The position numbers were made by a program, and so were the translations under genes. From positions 22,196,001-22,260,000 of the forward strand of contig JBHGNT010000003.1 of assembly GCA_043228905.1 (NCBI GenBank): a stretch of 64,000 nt of DNA. Direction: 5' to 3'. The notes under the pieces are model-generated. The model had not been told where the DNA came from and made no database searches. It was given only the letters and a program-made list of their open reading frames with translations. Shown here in pieces: positions 22,567-36,712 of the stretch; position 1 is the stretch's first letter, and each line of letters opens with the position of its first letter. This DNA is from Azolla caroliniana. Its lineage: Eukaryota > Plantae > Polypodiophyta.

Positions 22567-22576
22567 CAGCCGCCAT
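19884..22576 (-). pseudogene. Roco paralog with LRR region and switch I/II deleted, plus frameshifts and a premature stop
   Basis: ORFs 22316-22642, 21510-22481, 20161-21582 and 19932-20189 align in order to the intact protein. CEKS is joined directly to MALLICGDAYAEKTT, and KTT directly to HDCMLPD; frameshifts near 22397, 21572 and 20165; QVAW became QVA*. Confidence 0.92.
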
Positions 22577-23529
22577 GTAATTGATTGAATGAAAAGAATA
22601 GGATATTATATCCTCTGCTACTAAACTAGGACCTTCAAGCAATTACAAGTGGGGATTAAAGTAAAGCTATAGAGAATGGAAATTTAGTATTTCATTTTCC
22701 AATCCATATAAGTGTAAATTAGGACGTGATGAGCCAATGACAAAAATAGATGAGTGGCCATCTTCTATACTACTAGTGTGTAGATTATTCTATCTTGGTT
22801 TCTTTTGATCTTAATAAGTATAGAGCTGCTACGGCCATTGGGTGTGACATTATCACTAATTATGCGTATGGTATTGGAATGATGCATGCAGCCTCCTCAT
22901 CCATAGCTACATCCTATTGGGATGTTAAGGATCCCCAAAGATCTCAACAGATATATCAATAATAATAATAATAATAATGTTATTATTATGACGATATATA
23001 ATCACTCAGGTAAAATAATCAAGAGATTCATCAGTGTTCATGTAAAGTTGAGAAAGTAATCAAACTTTTATACATACATACTTGCAAGAGCAGCGGCAGA
23101 AGAGATTGGATATGTGCTGGACGAAAAAGAATAGGAATTTTAACTAAAGAGATATGAGTTAAGAGATATTATTTGTAAAGCTTGAAAAGGAGGTATGTTT
23201 ATTTAAGGTAAGCCTATTAGTGACAGATAACTCAATAAGGGCATCGATTACAAGTTGAGCGGCAGAATGGACTAATGCAGGCTGTCCATCACTCTTATAC
23301 TAATCAAGCTTATACCTCCAAGAGAATCAATCACGCCAAATTATCACTCTTACATGAGAGGCTAGACTAGCAAATGATGTATATATGTGTTGAAAGGCCA
23401 TTATTAAAGTCAACTTCAGCAAAAAAAGTATAGATTAACTTACTCAAGGTGTCACATTCCGCACCCTTTGTGTAATCAGTTTTGCTTGTCTAAACCTAAC
23501 ATTCTGACAATCACACCTTCGGTTCTGGC

Positions 23530-23887
23530 ACCACGGTATGTAAATGTTATATTAAATAACACCTTAATCCTTGGGAGAAATCTATGCTCAATTCGATATC
23601 TATGCTCGTTTTCTCTTCTTCTTCTCGTTAATAGCTATTTTGGCACATACTTTGACCGATTATACTTGCAGAGCAGCAGCAGATTGGGAATTATAATATC
23701 CTCTTGTACCACGGTATGTAAATGTTATATTAAATAACACCTTAATCCTTGGGAGAAATCTATGCTCAATTCGATATCTATGCTCGTTTTCTCTTCTTCT
23801 TCTCGTTAATAGCTATTTTGGCACATACTTTGACCGATTATACTTGCAGAGCAGCAGCAGATTGGGAATTATAATATCCTCTTGTAC
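23530..23887. repeat. Apparently perfect 178-bp tandem duplication
   Basis: accacggtatgtaaatgttatattaaataacacc...ataatatcctcttgt repeats with period 178 (23531 versus 23709). Confidence 0.9.
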
Positions 23888-24929
23888 TAAACTTTGACCT
23901 TCAACCAATTTCAAGTTATGATATATGAAATCTAAAAGCAAGGTTAAGAATAGTGACAAAATACAAAGAAAACTTTTTCCATATAACAATTATTTCACCT
24001 TACCAATCATTTTATTAATAGTTTTACCAATGATTCGTATTTTGGCTCAGTCTTTTTATTTAAAGAGTCATTAACTAAGTTTCTAAATCTTTATGCTCTA
24101 TGCAACATGTGGAGATACCTTAAGTAAACTATTAGTGCTAGTCACGCATTTGAAACAATAATGCCTAGCTGATGATAAACATTTAAGCATACCATCAATA
24201 ATTGAAAGATAGGAATCTTTAATGGAAACTTAAGGTAAGAGCATGTTGATTGTTCCTGCTAGAGTTTGGTATCGTATTCTTTTCTTATCAGTGATAAATT
24301 AAGCATTACATTTTGCACAACTCGTCAAAAAATGAAAGGTACCGAACTTGACAATGAGTCCCCACTAGTCAAGCAAAATTTAAGTAACATTCTTGTGTAT
24401 TGCTGTATGAATGCAATTTGTACAATGTACCATTTTATCAAGGTTGTGTGCGCATATCTAACATTAGATTTTAGAGGAGTGAATTCAATAACTTAGGTTC
24501 TTGCACCTATGAGAGAAGAAAATTGTGTGAGAATACACAGAAGTGTTCTTGCATTCTATAATTTATGTAAGCAATTTGAGAATAAAAACCATCGATCTAA
24601 TGCGAAATTCCTTTAGCATATCACACAAATTTTGTGATAATATATCTAAATTATTTGATCCGGAGATAAACAGATATGTGCATACCAAACTACTTGGTAC
24701 ATGAGAACAAGGTCAACAAGTGGCATTAGTGAGATTTGAGGGAGGGTATATATATTTCCCTTTGTTATAAGCTATATGTATGCATGAATGTGTTTAGTCA
24801 AGAATTACATAGAAATGTCCAATAAATAACATTTGAAAGTAGGCATTTCTAACAAATGAGATCATGCCTTTCTTTTTCAAATCTCCTATGTGAGTAAGAT
24901 ATAGTTTAGCCTTGCGAGAAACGTGTTTG

Positions 24930-25320
24930 CTCTCAATAGTACCATGCAACTTGACTACTACCTGTTTGCTTATGTCCATCTTCAAACTTCCATAGATGCT
25001 TTGGTTCAAGCATGTGTTGTAGTAGACTTGATAGAAGAAGCTTCAATGATCTTCATGTTTTACACATAAATGGAAATGAAATTTTCGCCAAACTTAAGAT
25101 CAACATACCATCTTCTTGGAAAGCATTGTTAAATATAAGTTGAATTCTTTGGGAATAATCCTAGTTTAAAGGAGGTAAGGTTTATGTTGTCACACTCTAG
25201 TCTTCTACCCATATAATATATATATACATATGGATTATTATTTTAGATGCATGTGGATGAAGTTCTCTGTTAGAGTTTTTCCATTTCCATTAGAGATGCT
25301 TTGATGGAGCTTGTCAATGA
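24930..25320 (-). pseudogene. Highly deleted Roco relic (COR and C-terminal pieces) followed by the Roco-associated 3' flank
   Basis: Minus strand gives YMGRRLECDNINL..LFPK..FNNAFQED and QVAW; 24590-24915 is the reverse complement of ~330-740. Confidence 0.75.
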
Positions 25321-26586
25321 CTTTCAATTGCAATGTATGTGAGTTTGAAAAGTTATGGCTAATTTCGTCTTAGCTAAGAGATGATTCATCTTGTCAACAT
25401 TGAAATTACATACAAATGCCTTGGAAAAATAATCTCAAGATGCCTTCTCATACCACACGTGACGTGAAGCCTTCAAACAAATTTGGGTAAGGAATATTAG
25501 TATATGGTTGGAAGTTAAAAGCGGATAATAACCTCTAGGGCTCGTCAATTATGTTGGTGAAGTAGCTACTTCTCTCCCCAAAGTAGATTGAATAAAACTT
25601 CATGGTATATGTACGAGCTGGTCTTCTCGATTATTTTTCATTGGACATGGTAAAACTCTTGCACTAAAAATCATGTTCTTCCGAAGTGAAGCTATTTTTC
25701 CTCCTAAATCTTATATTCAACACACATGCTGAACAGTTCGATGAAACTCAACAATGCCTTTCACTGCACTTATCACTCAAGGTAAATCATGACAATAACA
25801 AAAATATGATGATTAATATTATGCATTATAGACTTTCCATTGATTATACATACAATCCATAACAAATTGGCCTTTATGCATTGTAGACTTTCCAAAGTCA
25901 ATACTCAATCCAGAAACATATGGTCATTGAGCAGTCACTATTCCAAGATTGTTTATAGCATTACTAATCAATCCAACACAATATGCACTTTTTCTTAATA
26001 TTGCAAACTTCCACAATAAACACTCAATCCATGACAATACGATCATTTGATGTTCCTCATTGAATTTGAAAGATAACCTTATACTAGATAACCACAATTA
26101 CATTCAATTGTGACACTTCGATCATTGTACATTGTTAGCGGTAAGGTATTTGTGTAAACACCTTACCTAGAGACACCAAGCAAGCCCTTAAAATAGGAAT
26201 CAAACTTTGAAATGTGTTATGCCCCCTAAACTAACAATAGCAATCAAACCGTGTTTATGTGTTCATTTTACACAGTAAACCCTAAGAATAGAACTTGAGC
26301 GATGACAATGTATTAACTATGCCCTGACAATAGAAATCAAGTCATGATGGGTTGGCTAAAATAAACATTCACTTTATTCACCATAACTATCGCATGTCCC
26401 AATTTACAATACTCTCATTGCGCATAACAAACCCTAAAATTAGAATTAACATCAACAGCATCATTTACATATTTAACGATCAAATCATTATGCATAATGA
26501 GACCTAACACTGGAATGAATATCCATGGAATTTCGCAATAAAACTACCATCATTAACAAACCAAACTAGAAACCGTGGTACTTTTG

Positions 26587-28859
26587 TCAAGGTCGGACAT
26601 AGCAACGATCGCGGCCACCTGGATGAGGAACAGGAATAACTCTTATAGCAATTTCGGTCCCAACCTTCATTAATCTTTCAAGTAATGGAATACCTCCAGA
26701 GCACCCAAGATGCATCGCTGCAAGAAATCCTTCTCTTCCATTAGGAAGATCAATAAAATACCCTACATTATGAATTCCTTTGATGATTCCTTGAACTGTT
26801 CCAGGATCGCCTTTCTTATACATTTTAGAATAATCAAGTTCAAATGTCCTCGCTTCTTCATCCAACTCCATTTGTCTTCGCTGTTGTTCAGCTTCTCTTC
26901 TGTATTGCTTCATTCGCATCTTTGCTTCGAGGTTATACGGCCTTCTGTTCACAGATTGATACCCTAGATCCTGCGTAAAATATAATATAGAATGTATATC
27001 AAAATATGTATAAAATGCCATATAGAATCTAGTTCAAAATAGAATTAAGCATAATCAACACATCATAAATATGTAAATCAAGGCATAATGAAGTTCTACA
27101 TATTTGACACGTTAATACATGTATAGAACAAAATAAAATACAACCGAGAACACAATACAAGACATACAAATTATAATATTATCCAATAAAGATCAAAGCA
27201 TAATATATAGGGAAATTTTACTGCAACATTTTTACATGATACACATTCTCCTTTATATTGATGATAGAAGCTTGGTCTACAAATCTCATTCTTACCTATG
27301 ATTCCATCTTAATACCACAAGTTATTGGAGATATGTTAACAATGAACCTGGAAACACTATGGCCATGATCTTCTCCAGAGACAGCTGATTTTCTGAAAAC
27401 TGTCTTCACCATTGCAGTAGGCCAAGAAGTAGTTGATTTCAGTGTCTATCTAGGAGACAGCTTTACAAGCAATCATTTAACACTATCCTATACCCCAAGC
27501 TGCTAGAGATTGACTCGTTCATACCTAATTTATGCAACTCTACCAATGCTAGATTGAGAATGCCACTAGGCCCACTTACAAGAACCTCATACCTAAGTAT
27601 GGTAACTCAACACTGTGGTCAACCTCCATCTTCATTTACAGTGCAAGCGTCGCCTTCCATAGGTAAATATATACAGTGTTCACTAATTATGTTGCTGTCA
27701 TGTACGATACATAGCAAAGCCTCCACATATCCTCCAAGCTGAAATGCCAGGTCTAAACCATGCTGCCTCAAGTTACACACAAAACGAGCTTGAAGCATGG
27801 ATGGATATGGCAAAAACAACAGAAGGAAGGGCATCACGATGCTCACAAGGGACGAGGTAGCAACACGTCATTGACTTCTTCCAGAGACTCACACATCCAG
27901 ACTGATAAAATGCCACTAGGATACAAATGAACAATCATAGGAATGCTGATGAAGACAAAGAGGACCACCAAATTTTGAATTTACTGGCACCAGGTTATGG
28001 TGACCATTGCTCTCCATGTCCAGACTGCAGGATAAGACATGAGGTGTCATATTAGCACTAGGTTATGATTATTATTACATGCCATGCCCAGGCGATGTCC
28101 TGGCTGCCCCAATAACATGATCAATAGGAACGCAATCTATTTACCTTGCCGTGGCTCCACTACACCATACAATGTCGGACATTGTGTTCTATCACTATCA
28201 CTCATCACTCCATACATAATAGTGTTAATGCACATCATATGCTTATATGATTCTGTTGAAATAATACGAATGATACATTTATCACATGTATTACTATCAC
28301 TGGCATTCATCTTTAAAAATCAGAAAGGTTTCATTTTTCCAGTATGGGTAACCTAATTCTAACAATTGTAACTATGATTTGTCTACTACGGTTGTTTCAA
28401 TCCCTAATTTAATTATCTGGAGACAGGGATCCAAGACAGAGACACTTGTTTACTAATACAGATCATTGTTTACTAATACGGATAATCCAACGTAATAAAA
28501 ACAAACGCAAAAGAAGCTAAAGCGTGTTTTCACGTAAAACAAAACAACGCTTCGTTTCTTTTTTTTCTTGAGATGGACAATTTTCCTTTTGAAATGTTTA
28601 ACTTTAATTTTTTTTATAATGTCTTTGTTTTTACTTGATACTCTTTTAGAAAGAAGAAATTTAATTCTTTAAAATGTAACTGTTATGATTTGAAGAAGAG
28701 CCGTACCTCGTCTGCAGTGGAGAAACATCTGAATAATCTCGGTGTAGATATTAAGGCGCCATGATCCAAGCTTCTCACAGAAGGAGCAAACGAAGAAGAA
28801 CACGAGGATGAGGAAGCGAGTGCTGCAGGCATTATCCTTCTGAGAAGGAGGCGAGCCAT
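26587..28859 (-). CDS. S1-like (OB-fold) RNA-binding protein A, 178 aa, 2 exons (28859-28707, 26970-26587), mitochondrial-presequence-like N-terminus
   Basis: ATG at 28859 gives MARLLLRRIMPAALASSSS..PRLFRCFSTADE; GT donor at 28706; tacgcAG acceptor at 26971, phase 0. Exon 2 carries GTVQGIIKGIHNVGYFIDLPNGREGFL..L.VG.EI..RVI, the S1 pattern. Confidence 0.82.
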
Positions 28860-28958
28860 GGTTGAGGAAGCTCTTTCTGACAGAGAAAGGGAAGAATATG
28901 CGAGAATGGTGTTAGGGTATAGCTTAAGGGTGGTTAGGGTGAATTTAGGGCGGGGGTT

Positions 28959-28966
28959 TAGGGTTT
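28959..28966 (-). promoter_or_regulatory. Telo-box (AAACCCTA) upstream of S1 gene A
   Basis: tagggttt on the + strand, ~100 bp upstream of the ATG; telo-boxes are common in plant translation-related gene promoters. Confidence 0.45.
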
Positions 28967-29711
28967 TCTGTAGGAAAAGAGAAGCCAAGGGCTTTAAAGG
29001 GGTGGGACACTGGGACTTAGAGACCACAGGTAGATATTTATGTGGGCGATTTCACACGCAGTAATTATTTGGGCACCATGAACAACAAACATCTCTTGTT
29101 ATTGGTCTCATATGTAGGCCATTTTGGCCTCTTAAAATATGTTTAATCTCTCTCTCTTCTCTTCTCTGGATGCTTCTGTGTCCAACCTGCCGTTAACTTG
29201 TAGGTTGGAACGATTAAATCACATTGTCTCGCTAATTATAGCTTCTTCGTTAGAATTAATTGTTACATAGATGAAAGGAAGTGTTAAGCTTACGCCATCA
29301 TATACAAGTGTGTTAATAGCTCGAGAGTGCTTGATGACCACTCCTTACCCGTTTTACACCAACAAAAAGGGGTCAACCACGATCCGACCCCATGACACAA
29401 CTTCACTAACGATATAGAGCTAGCTTGCCATTATGTAGACATCCACTTATCTTGGCATCAAATAACATATACATAACTCTTTGTAACTCTCATGAAGTTA
29501 TGTAAAACACCCACTTATCTTGGCATCAAATAACAATGTGACAAGACCTTCCAAATTTGAGAATGTAAACCCCTTGAGTCGACGAGAAAACAAAAATGGT
29601 ATGAAACGATGAGTCTTACCTTGCACTCGAACAATGCATAAGAAGCAAATTATCTATTGCTTGTTCATGTCTCTTTAGAGCTAACCCCAAAGGCATAATC
29701 TCCAAATGGGC

Positions 29712-29713
<2 letters not shown>

Positions 29714-29762
<49 letters not shown>
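29714..29762. repeat. (CT)n microsatellite, one of many GA/CT runs in the window
   Basis: Uninterrupted ctctct run. Confidence 0.95.
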
Positions 29763-29768
<6 letters not shown>

Positions 29769-32220
29769 ATCCAAGAGCTATGCCGAGATAAGGGCAAAAT
29801 ACCAAGACATACTTGGTTCCTCTCCCACCCTCCCTAAACTATTAGATACACTAGATATAAATAAATTAGGTAGATACATCTTAGAATTGAAACAACATAG
29901 AGAGAATAAGTTACAAAACGTTGATAATAATGTTGCTAATGTTTACCAACATGTAACAAATGAAGTTTTCCAGGAACATGGGGAGACAATGAATGTCGAC
30001 ACACCTGCACCACTCGGGCTTTTCCTTGATGAAGCAGAAGATCAAAGAAGAACCAAACACCCTTGGATGCCGGGTTTCAAAGCAACTCGACGAGATGTAG
30101 AAGCAATAAAGAAAATCAGGGAACATGAACTACACCGCCTAGAAGCCATGGCTAGGGCACTCTATACATCGGGACCATGGGTCACACCCACACCAAAAAC
30201 TTTTGACCTCCCACTTCTTTTTGAGAGACTTGGGTGGAAAGGAGATTAGGCTTAGTGCAAAGTTTTGTACACTACTAGAACTCTCTTAGCTTAAGCTATT
30301 TTCTTTTATTTTAGTTTTGATGATTGGATAAACACTCATTTTTGTTGTAAACCAATTGTCTCATGGGCCAAATTTGGCCTTAGAAGACGTTAATATATCT
30401 TTCTTCTTTCTTTCTCTCTCACACACACATAACACACATATCTATTCCGTTGCACAAGAATAACCATCGATTCTTTACATATACATACTAACAAATGTCT
30501 CATAAGCTTGTATTAGCGAGTGCTAAAGATTAATCCAATTATTGGTGTGATAACATAACATGCTAAAGTGTTGTGGGTGGTATATCCTTCACCTCCAAAA
30601 CTTAGTAGCATGGTCTTCATACATTCAATATAGTTGTTGGAGGCATGCATATATATGACTCATTGTCATTGTCATATAGTTGTTGGAGACTAATGGGATT
30701 TTGTAGCATTTCATTGGTGACCATTTCATGCATGTACTATATGAGTCTCTTGGCAAATACTACATGCAATGAGGACGAGTGCTTTGTATGAATGTATAGT
30801 CTTGTGTGTGAGAGTATGATATGAGCTTGTGGGGATGTCAACTTCAGCTAGCTCTATCAAACGTATGTGGTTCCAATGCATAAGAGATTCACGTTAGTGC
30901 CATGGAAACTAGCTTGCTAAGCCTCGCCAAACACCATTCCAATATTCTATAAGTTTGATTGCCTTGGTGCACTTGATAAGGGGATACTTCAATACATAAT
31001 ATAAGTTAAATTGAAGTTGTCTATGTGAAGAGTCAAGACTGTAGCCAAAGATGTAAATATATTATTGTTTTATTGCTAGAGAAATCCACAAAAAAAAACA
31101 TGCATATATAAGGTTTTGGAAGGACTTTTTAACTTACACGAAGGATCAACCACCCAAATACCTTTACAGATTGTGCTCTAGATGGACCACATTAATGTTA
31201 CAAACACGTGTGATTAGATAGAAATAGAGTTAATGATTGTCAATGTGACATCTTTGTCTGAATGTAGAACTTCATCTATGAGAAGATGTCTAGTTTGTCT
31301 AAACTATTAAATTGAAAACCTTTCCAATAGTCTATGCACATTTTCCCCTGTAGATAAGTTTATTTGCATATTGACCTTGAAATTCCAAAATGAGGCAATT
31401 TAAAACCTACGCCACAATTAGAGATGATTTCACATTCTCGATTGAACGACGATGAGTTTTTGTGAAATGCACCTTCGATCTCCTTAAGGTCAAACATACA
31501 TGATAGAAAACATAAACTATCATAGGTCCATGATCCAAACATAAAATATCATAGGTCCAAGACAAAAAAGAGTAATGCTATACACATAGAATGATGTGGT
31601 GTTTTGGAGTTGTTTTTTTATGTTGTTTCATCTACACATTGTTTTCCTTTGACATGCAAGATGTCTTGTAAGATATGAGTTGTAAATGATTCCTTTGTAC
31701 ATTCTTAACTAATGGAAGTAGATGTTTTTGGGAAAAAAAAATATCATAGGTCCAAGACAAAAAAATATAGTCTTTCACTACCATAGGTTTCAAATGTACC
31801 AATAAGAAATTGTTCAAATCTTCTACAACATGAGCCTTCTTACTTGGGAACGAATCTTTATATTCTTCCTTGAAGTTCCTAGCGTATTGTGAAGTCTTTG
31901 AGTGCTATTTCCATTGGATCATTGACCACATTTAACAAATTGTTCCTTCAAAGGCATCTTATAAGTGATGTGGAGAAGTCTTAATAACGAACATAATATA
32001 ATCAACACTACAATAAGCATTGTAATCTTAACGACTTTTGCAAACTTGCATCATCATATAATACAACATATTGAAGTCTTTAGAATAATGATTTTGTATT
32101 TTGTATTTTGTTGCTCATATGTTTTTTTAAACTAATGGAAGGATGTGTTTTCTTGGAAAAAAAAAGAATAGAATGGTAAATAATGATTATATGTTTAATC
32201 AAGTTCTTTATAAGTACAAG

Positions 32221-33010
32221 TAGTGTTGCCTTTTGACGGCTAACATTGCCTTTCATGAGAACGGTATTCCAAAAAATTTGCCCGTCAAATGACGATTTGT
32301 CAAAAAAATTGCCCTTCAAAAAGTAAATACATCGAATATTTGTACTAAACAATATATTATACCCTTCTATCCTTTGCATCTTTCCAAATTTCATATACAC
32401 GATCCCATTGTATTTCTTCAATGTGTGGCCCATTCAATGAGACTCGCATTAAATCATCTAAATGTTCTATATTCAATCGATTTCTTTTCATCTCTTTGAT
32501 GAGATTTTTCTTAGAGAACTCTCTCTCATACAAAATCGTGCTAGATGGAATAACCGCATGCCATAATTTCATCCAATGAGGGAACTATCTTGCCAATCCT
32601 TCATTTTGCAAAACATACGCCTAGCTTCATGCATAGTATAGCTTTCACAATTTAAACTTAAAGTGTCAACAAACCTATAGAGTTCCATTTCACAAGCCTT
32701 TGCATCATGTAAATTTTGAAGACATGCATTGACATTGACATTTGGTTGTAAGTGAGAAATCAAAATTCCTAACCATATCTTTGCTTTACTATCCCTAATC
32801 ACATCATCATCTGCATAATGGCATGGGCTGAATAATATTGCTACATTGAAGAGGCTTAAGACAGGGAACCTTGCATTTAGTCAATCAATAATCTTTTGCA
32901 CATAATTTTGAGATAGTTTAATACAACTTTCAAGTCATCCATAAATGGCCTCATTCCCTTAGATTTTGCAATATTGAGATTCGTATCATTGTGACTTGCT
33001 TTATCAATAT

Positions 33011-33047
<37 letters not shown>

Positions 33048-33406
33048 ACAAACAAAAGAGAGGAATGGGCTCAAAATAAAAGAAGCCCTAAGTTTATTTT
33101 CACACTATGCATATGTCCAATCACTTCTTTTCCTTTATCACGTCACATAACATATGTTTACACATTTATCTTTCTCAAATAAAACTATATGCTATAGCCT
33201 ATACATTGTAATTTGTAACTACTAATACATGTACTATTGTTTTGGCCTTAACCAAATTTGACGGTATTAACACATTTTAAACCATCATTTTTACGTTTTT
33301 ATAAAATATATGCCCATCAAGTTTGACGGTTTCATTTTCAAATTAACCTTCATATACGGTTAAATTTGCCAAAAACGGTCAAAACGGCCATCAAAAGGCA
33401 ACACTG
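32221..33406 (-). mobile_element. Internally deleted hAT-superfamily DNA transposon with ~20-bp TIRs
   Basis: Left end tagtgttgccttttgacggc and right end gccatcaaaaggcaacactg are inverted repeats. Internal minus-strand remnant LWHAVIPSST..EREFSKKNLIK..RNRLNIEHLDDLMRVSLNGP is hAT C-terminal dimerisation-like. No clean 8-bp TSD. Confidence 0.78.
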
Positions 33407-36400
33407 GTATGATAGGAGAAAGCATTATATGTCCGTGTTTGAGTGAAAGACCATGAAAATCGTTGACTAGTGGTTAATTATTTATAGAGTGGTGAATTAT
33501 TTACTTGGAGTTATGTTAGTTGGCGGCAAATGAATAATACCAATCCCTTCGTTTGAGTACACTCATGCCTTTCCAAATGTTATTGAACAAGTCATTGATG
33601 ATGGGTTGTGTGAAAATGAGGAGGTCGGCAAACAATTGTACTGTTCCATATTCGACTGAGTGAGTACAATTCAACCTACCGAATGTGTATGGATTAAAAG
33701 AGAGTATAATTGTTATAGGCGAAAGAGTCCCAAGGTAGAGAAAAATATGTTCTTTACAAGGAAACGTGTTTCGTCATTGATGCGGGGATACAAAAAGAGG
33801 TTTAAAATGCATTTAAAGTATTATGTATTAAGTGAGCTTTGTAAAAGGATAAAGAAATGGTATGATAGTAGAAAGGACGGGTTCTTGTTTCTTTTTTCAA
33901 ATCACACTATTGCTAGTGTAACCATTCACATACTGTTTACAATGCATTATATGATTAATTCCCTCATTCTCTTTCCAAAATTATGAGCAATTGTTATGCT
34001 TGAGAAGGCACTGAATTAAGACAACCACACATTATCTAGATCAACAAGCCATTGAAACAAGAAGTAAGCTTAAAACATTTTGGCCCAAGGTTCCGTCCAA
34101 TCGCAGATGGAATGAATACAATGTTTGTTGCTTGGAGGTGTGAAAGAGCACCTCCTATTCATTTGATAAATAAAATGTTGAGCTCCCGTAAAATATAGGT
34201 TCAACTCTCAGCTAACACTAATGCTTCTCTATGAGGTTGGAGTCGAAGTATGCATTGGTAGCATCTCCCAATTCCACTCATAAATATGTTGAAAATGTCC
34301 AAAACTTACACTTCCTTATGGCTCCTTCTAGTCAAGATACAAATGGCATACATGCTCCTACATAAAGAATGTTCAATGGACCAATGGCCATGGACTAGGT
34401 TGTGGAATGCATAATTTAAAAGAAAAATCATCATAATGAGAAGCTTACTAAAAAGTTTTAATAGAATCAAAATCCCGAGTCTTTGAATGGAAATGATATT
34501 TTAATGATTTAGAAGATGGAATGCAATTTGCTATACACTTGCTTCGTGTTGAATAAGCTCTTTACAACACCGATGTAAAAGAACTTTGGAGAGATATGGA
34601 GGATTTCATGCTTCATGCATTATATCTTTGTTTCTCCAAACAAGCAAACAACACCCAACCATATATGATGCTATACTAAACAACTTTATTCATATTCGTG
34701 TCAATGTGGACAAAGCATCAAGGCATTACTGGATGAGACCTATCAATGATGCATGTTTTACTCCAAATCAAATAATGAGCTCAATTACCAACTACTATGC
34801 AATCCTCCACCTTTGATAACAAATCGAGTTTGCTTTCCCCACATTTTCAACATTGACAAATATCTGAACTTACATTTCTCTCTCAATCACAATTTGTGTA
34901 GTCTCAAACGAGATAGTGACTAGTAACAATTTTGATTGAAAGTAGGATTCTCAATCTTGTTTTCTCTCCCTTTTTTTGTAATAAGTATGGTTGATGTTCA
35001 TTTCTTGAGTAAACAAAATAAGCTATAATATGCACATTGTTTTGGTCTCACAAGCATATTTAGAGAAACACTCCCCATCCTCTCTCTCTCTCTCTCTCTC
35101 TCTCAACACAAGGAAGTTAAATATGTGATTTGTCGATATTTGTGGCATCATCTAGAGTAGATACATGGCATATTGTCATCTAGTACACATATCATTGACA
35201 CAAATGACGTTAAAAGGACAGTGTGGGCAAGAAGACCAAGGTCAGACACGAACATCAAAATGATCACGGAAGCTAGTAGAAGAAAACATCGCATTGGCAA
35301 CGGTAGATACACGGAGACCCCGATAGACAAACAAACGGTGAAAGCTCGCCCATGTCAATCAATGATGAGAATTTGTCCGGGCAGAAAAGGTCCGGAGGTT
35401 TCGAAAGAAACTCCTGCTACAACGAGGATTTATCCGAGTTAGAAAGATGCCATTTGGGTTGGTTGGGCTTTTCACACGCACACACGCACACACATTACAT
35501 TACACTCTGACAAAGTGAAGCTTTAATATGTACCTTCCGCAAATGGATGAATTTCCAATAGAGATCCAAAAATCACCCACAAATCTGCCCCTGCAGAAAG
35601 AAGCCTGTATCAATTATTAATCCTGCTAGGACCTTTCTTTGACACCCCAACAAAACGTATGCTCTGTCTGTCTCTGTCTTTCTCTTCACTCCTTTAATCA
35701 CCCCCTCCCCCTCCCTAAAACCAGTCCACTTAAAAACTAGTTTACTTCGACCGATTTCCGATAGATCCATCCAAATCCCACCCACAATCTTGGCCGTCTT
35801 TCTTCTTCTTCTTCATTCCATTCTATTCCATTCTTCTTCCTGTTTGTGGGTGATTCTACTGAAATAATAATAACGGTTTACCGTTCCCTATTATCTTGTG
35901 TCAATCAGAAATCAACTGTCATATCCCAATTTTCAGATAGATGTTTTGGTGTCTATTCTGTTTCTAAGTGTAGGTCTTTGATCTATTTTTCATCGGAAAC
36001 TGAAACTGTATAATTGTAGATACATATACTAACACATCTAGTACATATATGTACATGTAGTAGACATATACGCATCTAGTGCATGTACATATACATACAG
36101 TTTCTTATTATACTTGAAGCTTTGTTATTTGCATTAGAACCTCAGACAACAGGAACTTTTTAAGGTTTTAGGGAAATCTCCATCACTTCGGTTTTGTAAG
36201 ATAGATCTTAATCAGGGAGGGTTTCTAAGCTTTGATTGGGCCGATTTTGGTTGCCTTTGATTAGAGCCTTTGGGGTTTCTAAAGCCAATCCCCTTGGGCG
36301 AAGTTCGAGCAAATTAGGTATTTGAAAATTTGATTAGAGCCATTTCGATCATTTAGGTGTTGCGAAGCCTTAGAGAGAGCTTGATCGAATTAGGTTTTCT

Positions 36401-36712
36401 AAACTTCCATTCAAGGGATTTCAATCAAAGGACGACTGACGTCCTAGGAATTTGATTATAATAGGAATTCAAAGTCTAGTTTTTGTGATTGATTCCTAGT
36501 CATAATTAGTAAATTTGGATCAAGACCACGGCATAATAAGGGTTTTGAGCTAGCTGCAATTTCTGAGAATCCAATCATAGTTAGGTATTTCAAAGCCCCA
36601 AATTTTCAATTGATACCCAGTGATAGTTAGATTTTTCGTAGCCTGCAAGCAACTTCGGGATATATCAGGGTTTCGATCAATATATTGAAAGCCCCAAAGA
36701 TTTAACAGTAGT

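Larger units (their letters stand above)
7880..24650 (-). repeat. Local segmental duplication: Roco gene plus flanks at ~7880-13970 and ~19670-24650, same orientation
   Basis: 3' flank (aaaaacctccaacc.ttccaagtaaaaa.. at 7890/19676), coding region and upstream sequence (tatcttggtttcttttgatcttaataa at 12472/22791; tgcgaaattcctttagcatatc at 13911/24601) are collinear and highly similar. Confidence 0.88.

Noticed and set aside
30270-30280. CACTACTAGAA as a CACTA transposon terminus
   Set aside because: No matching inverted end or transposase found.
33900-34850. Possible transposase remnant
   Set aside because: Only vague motif resemblance; no family could be supported.
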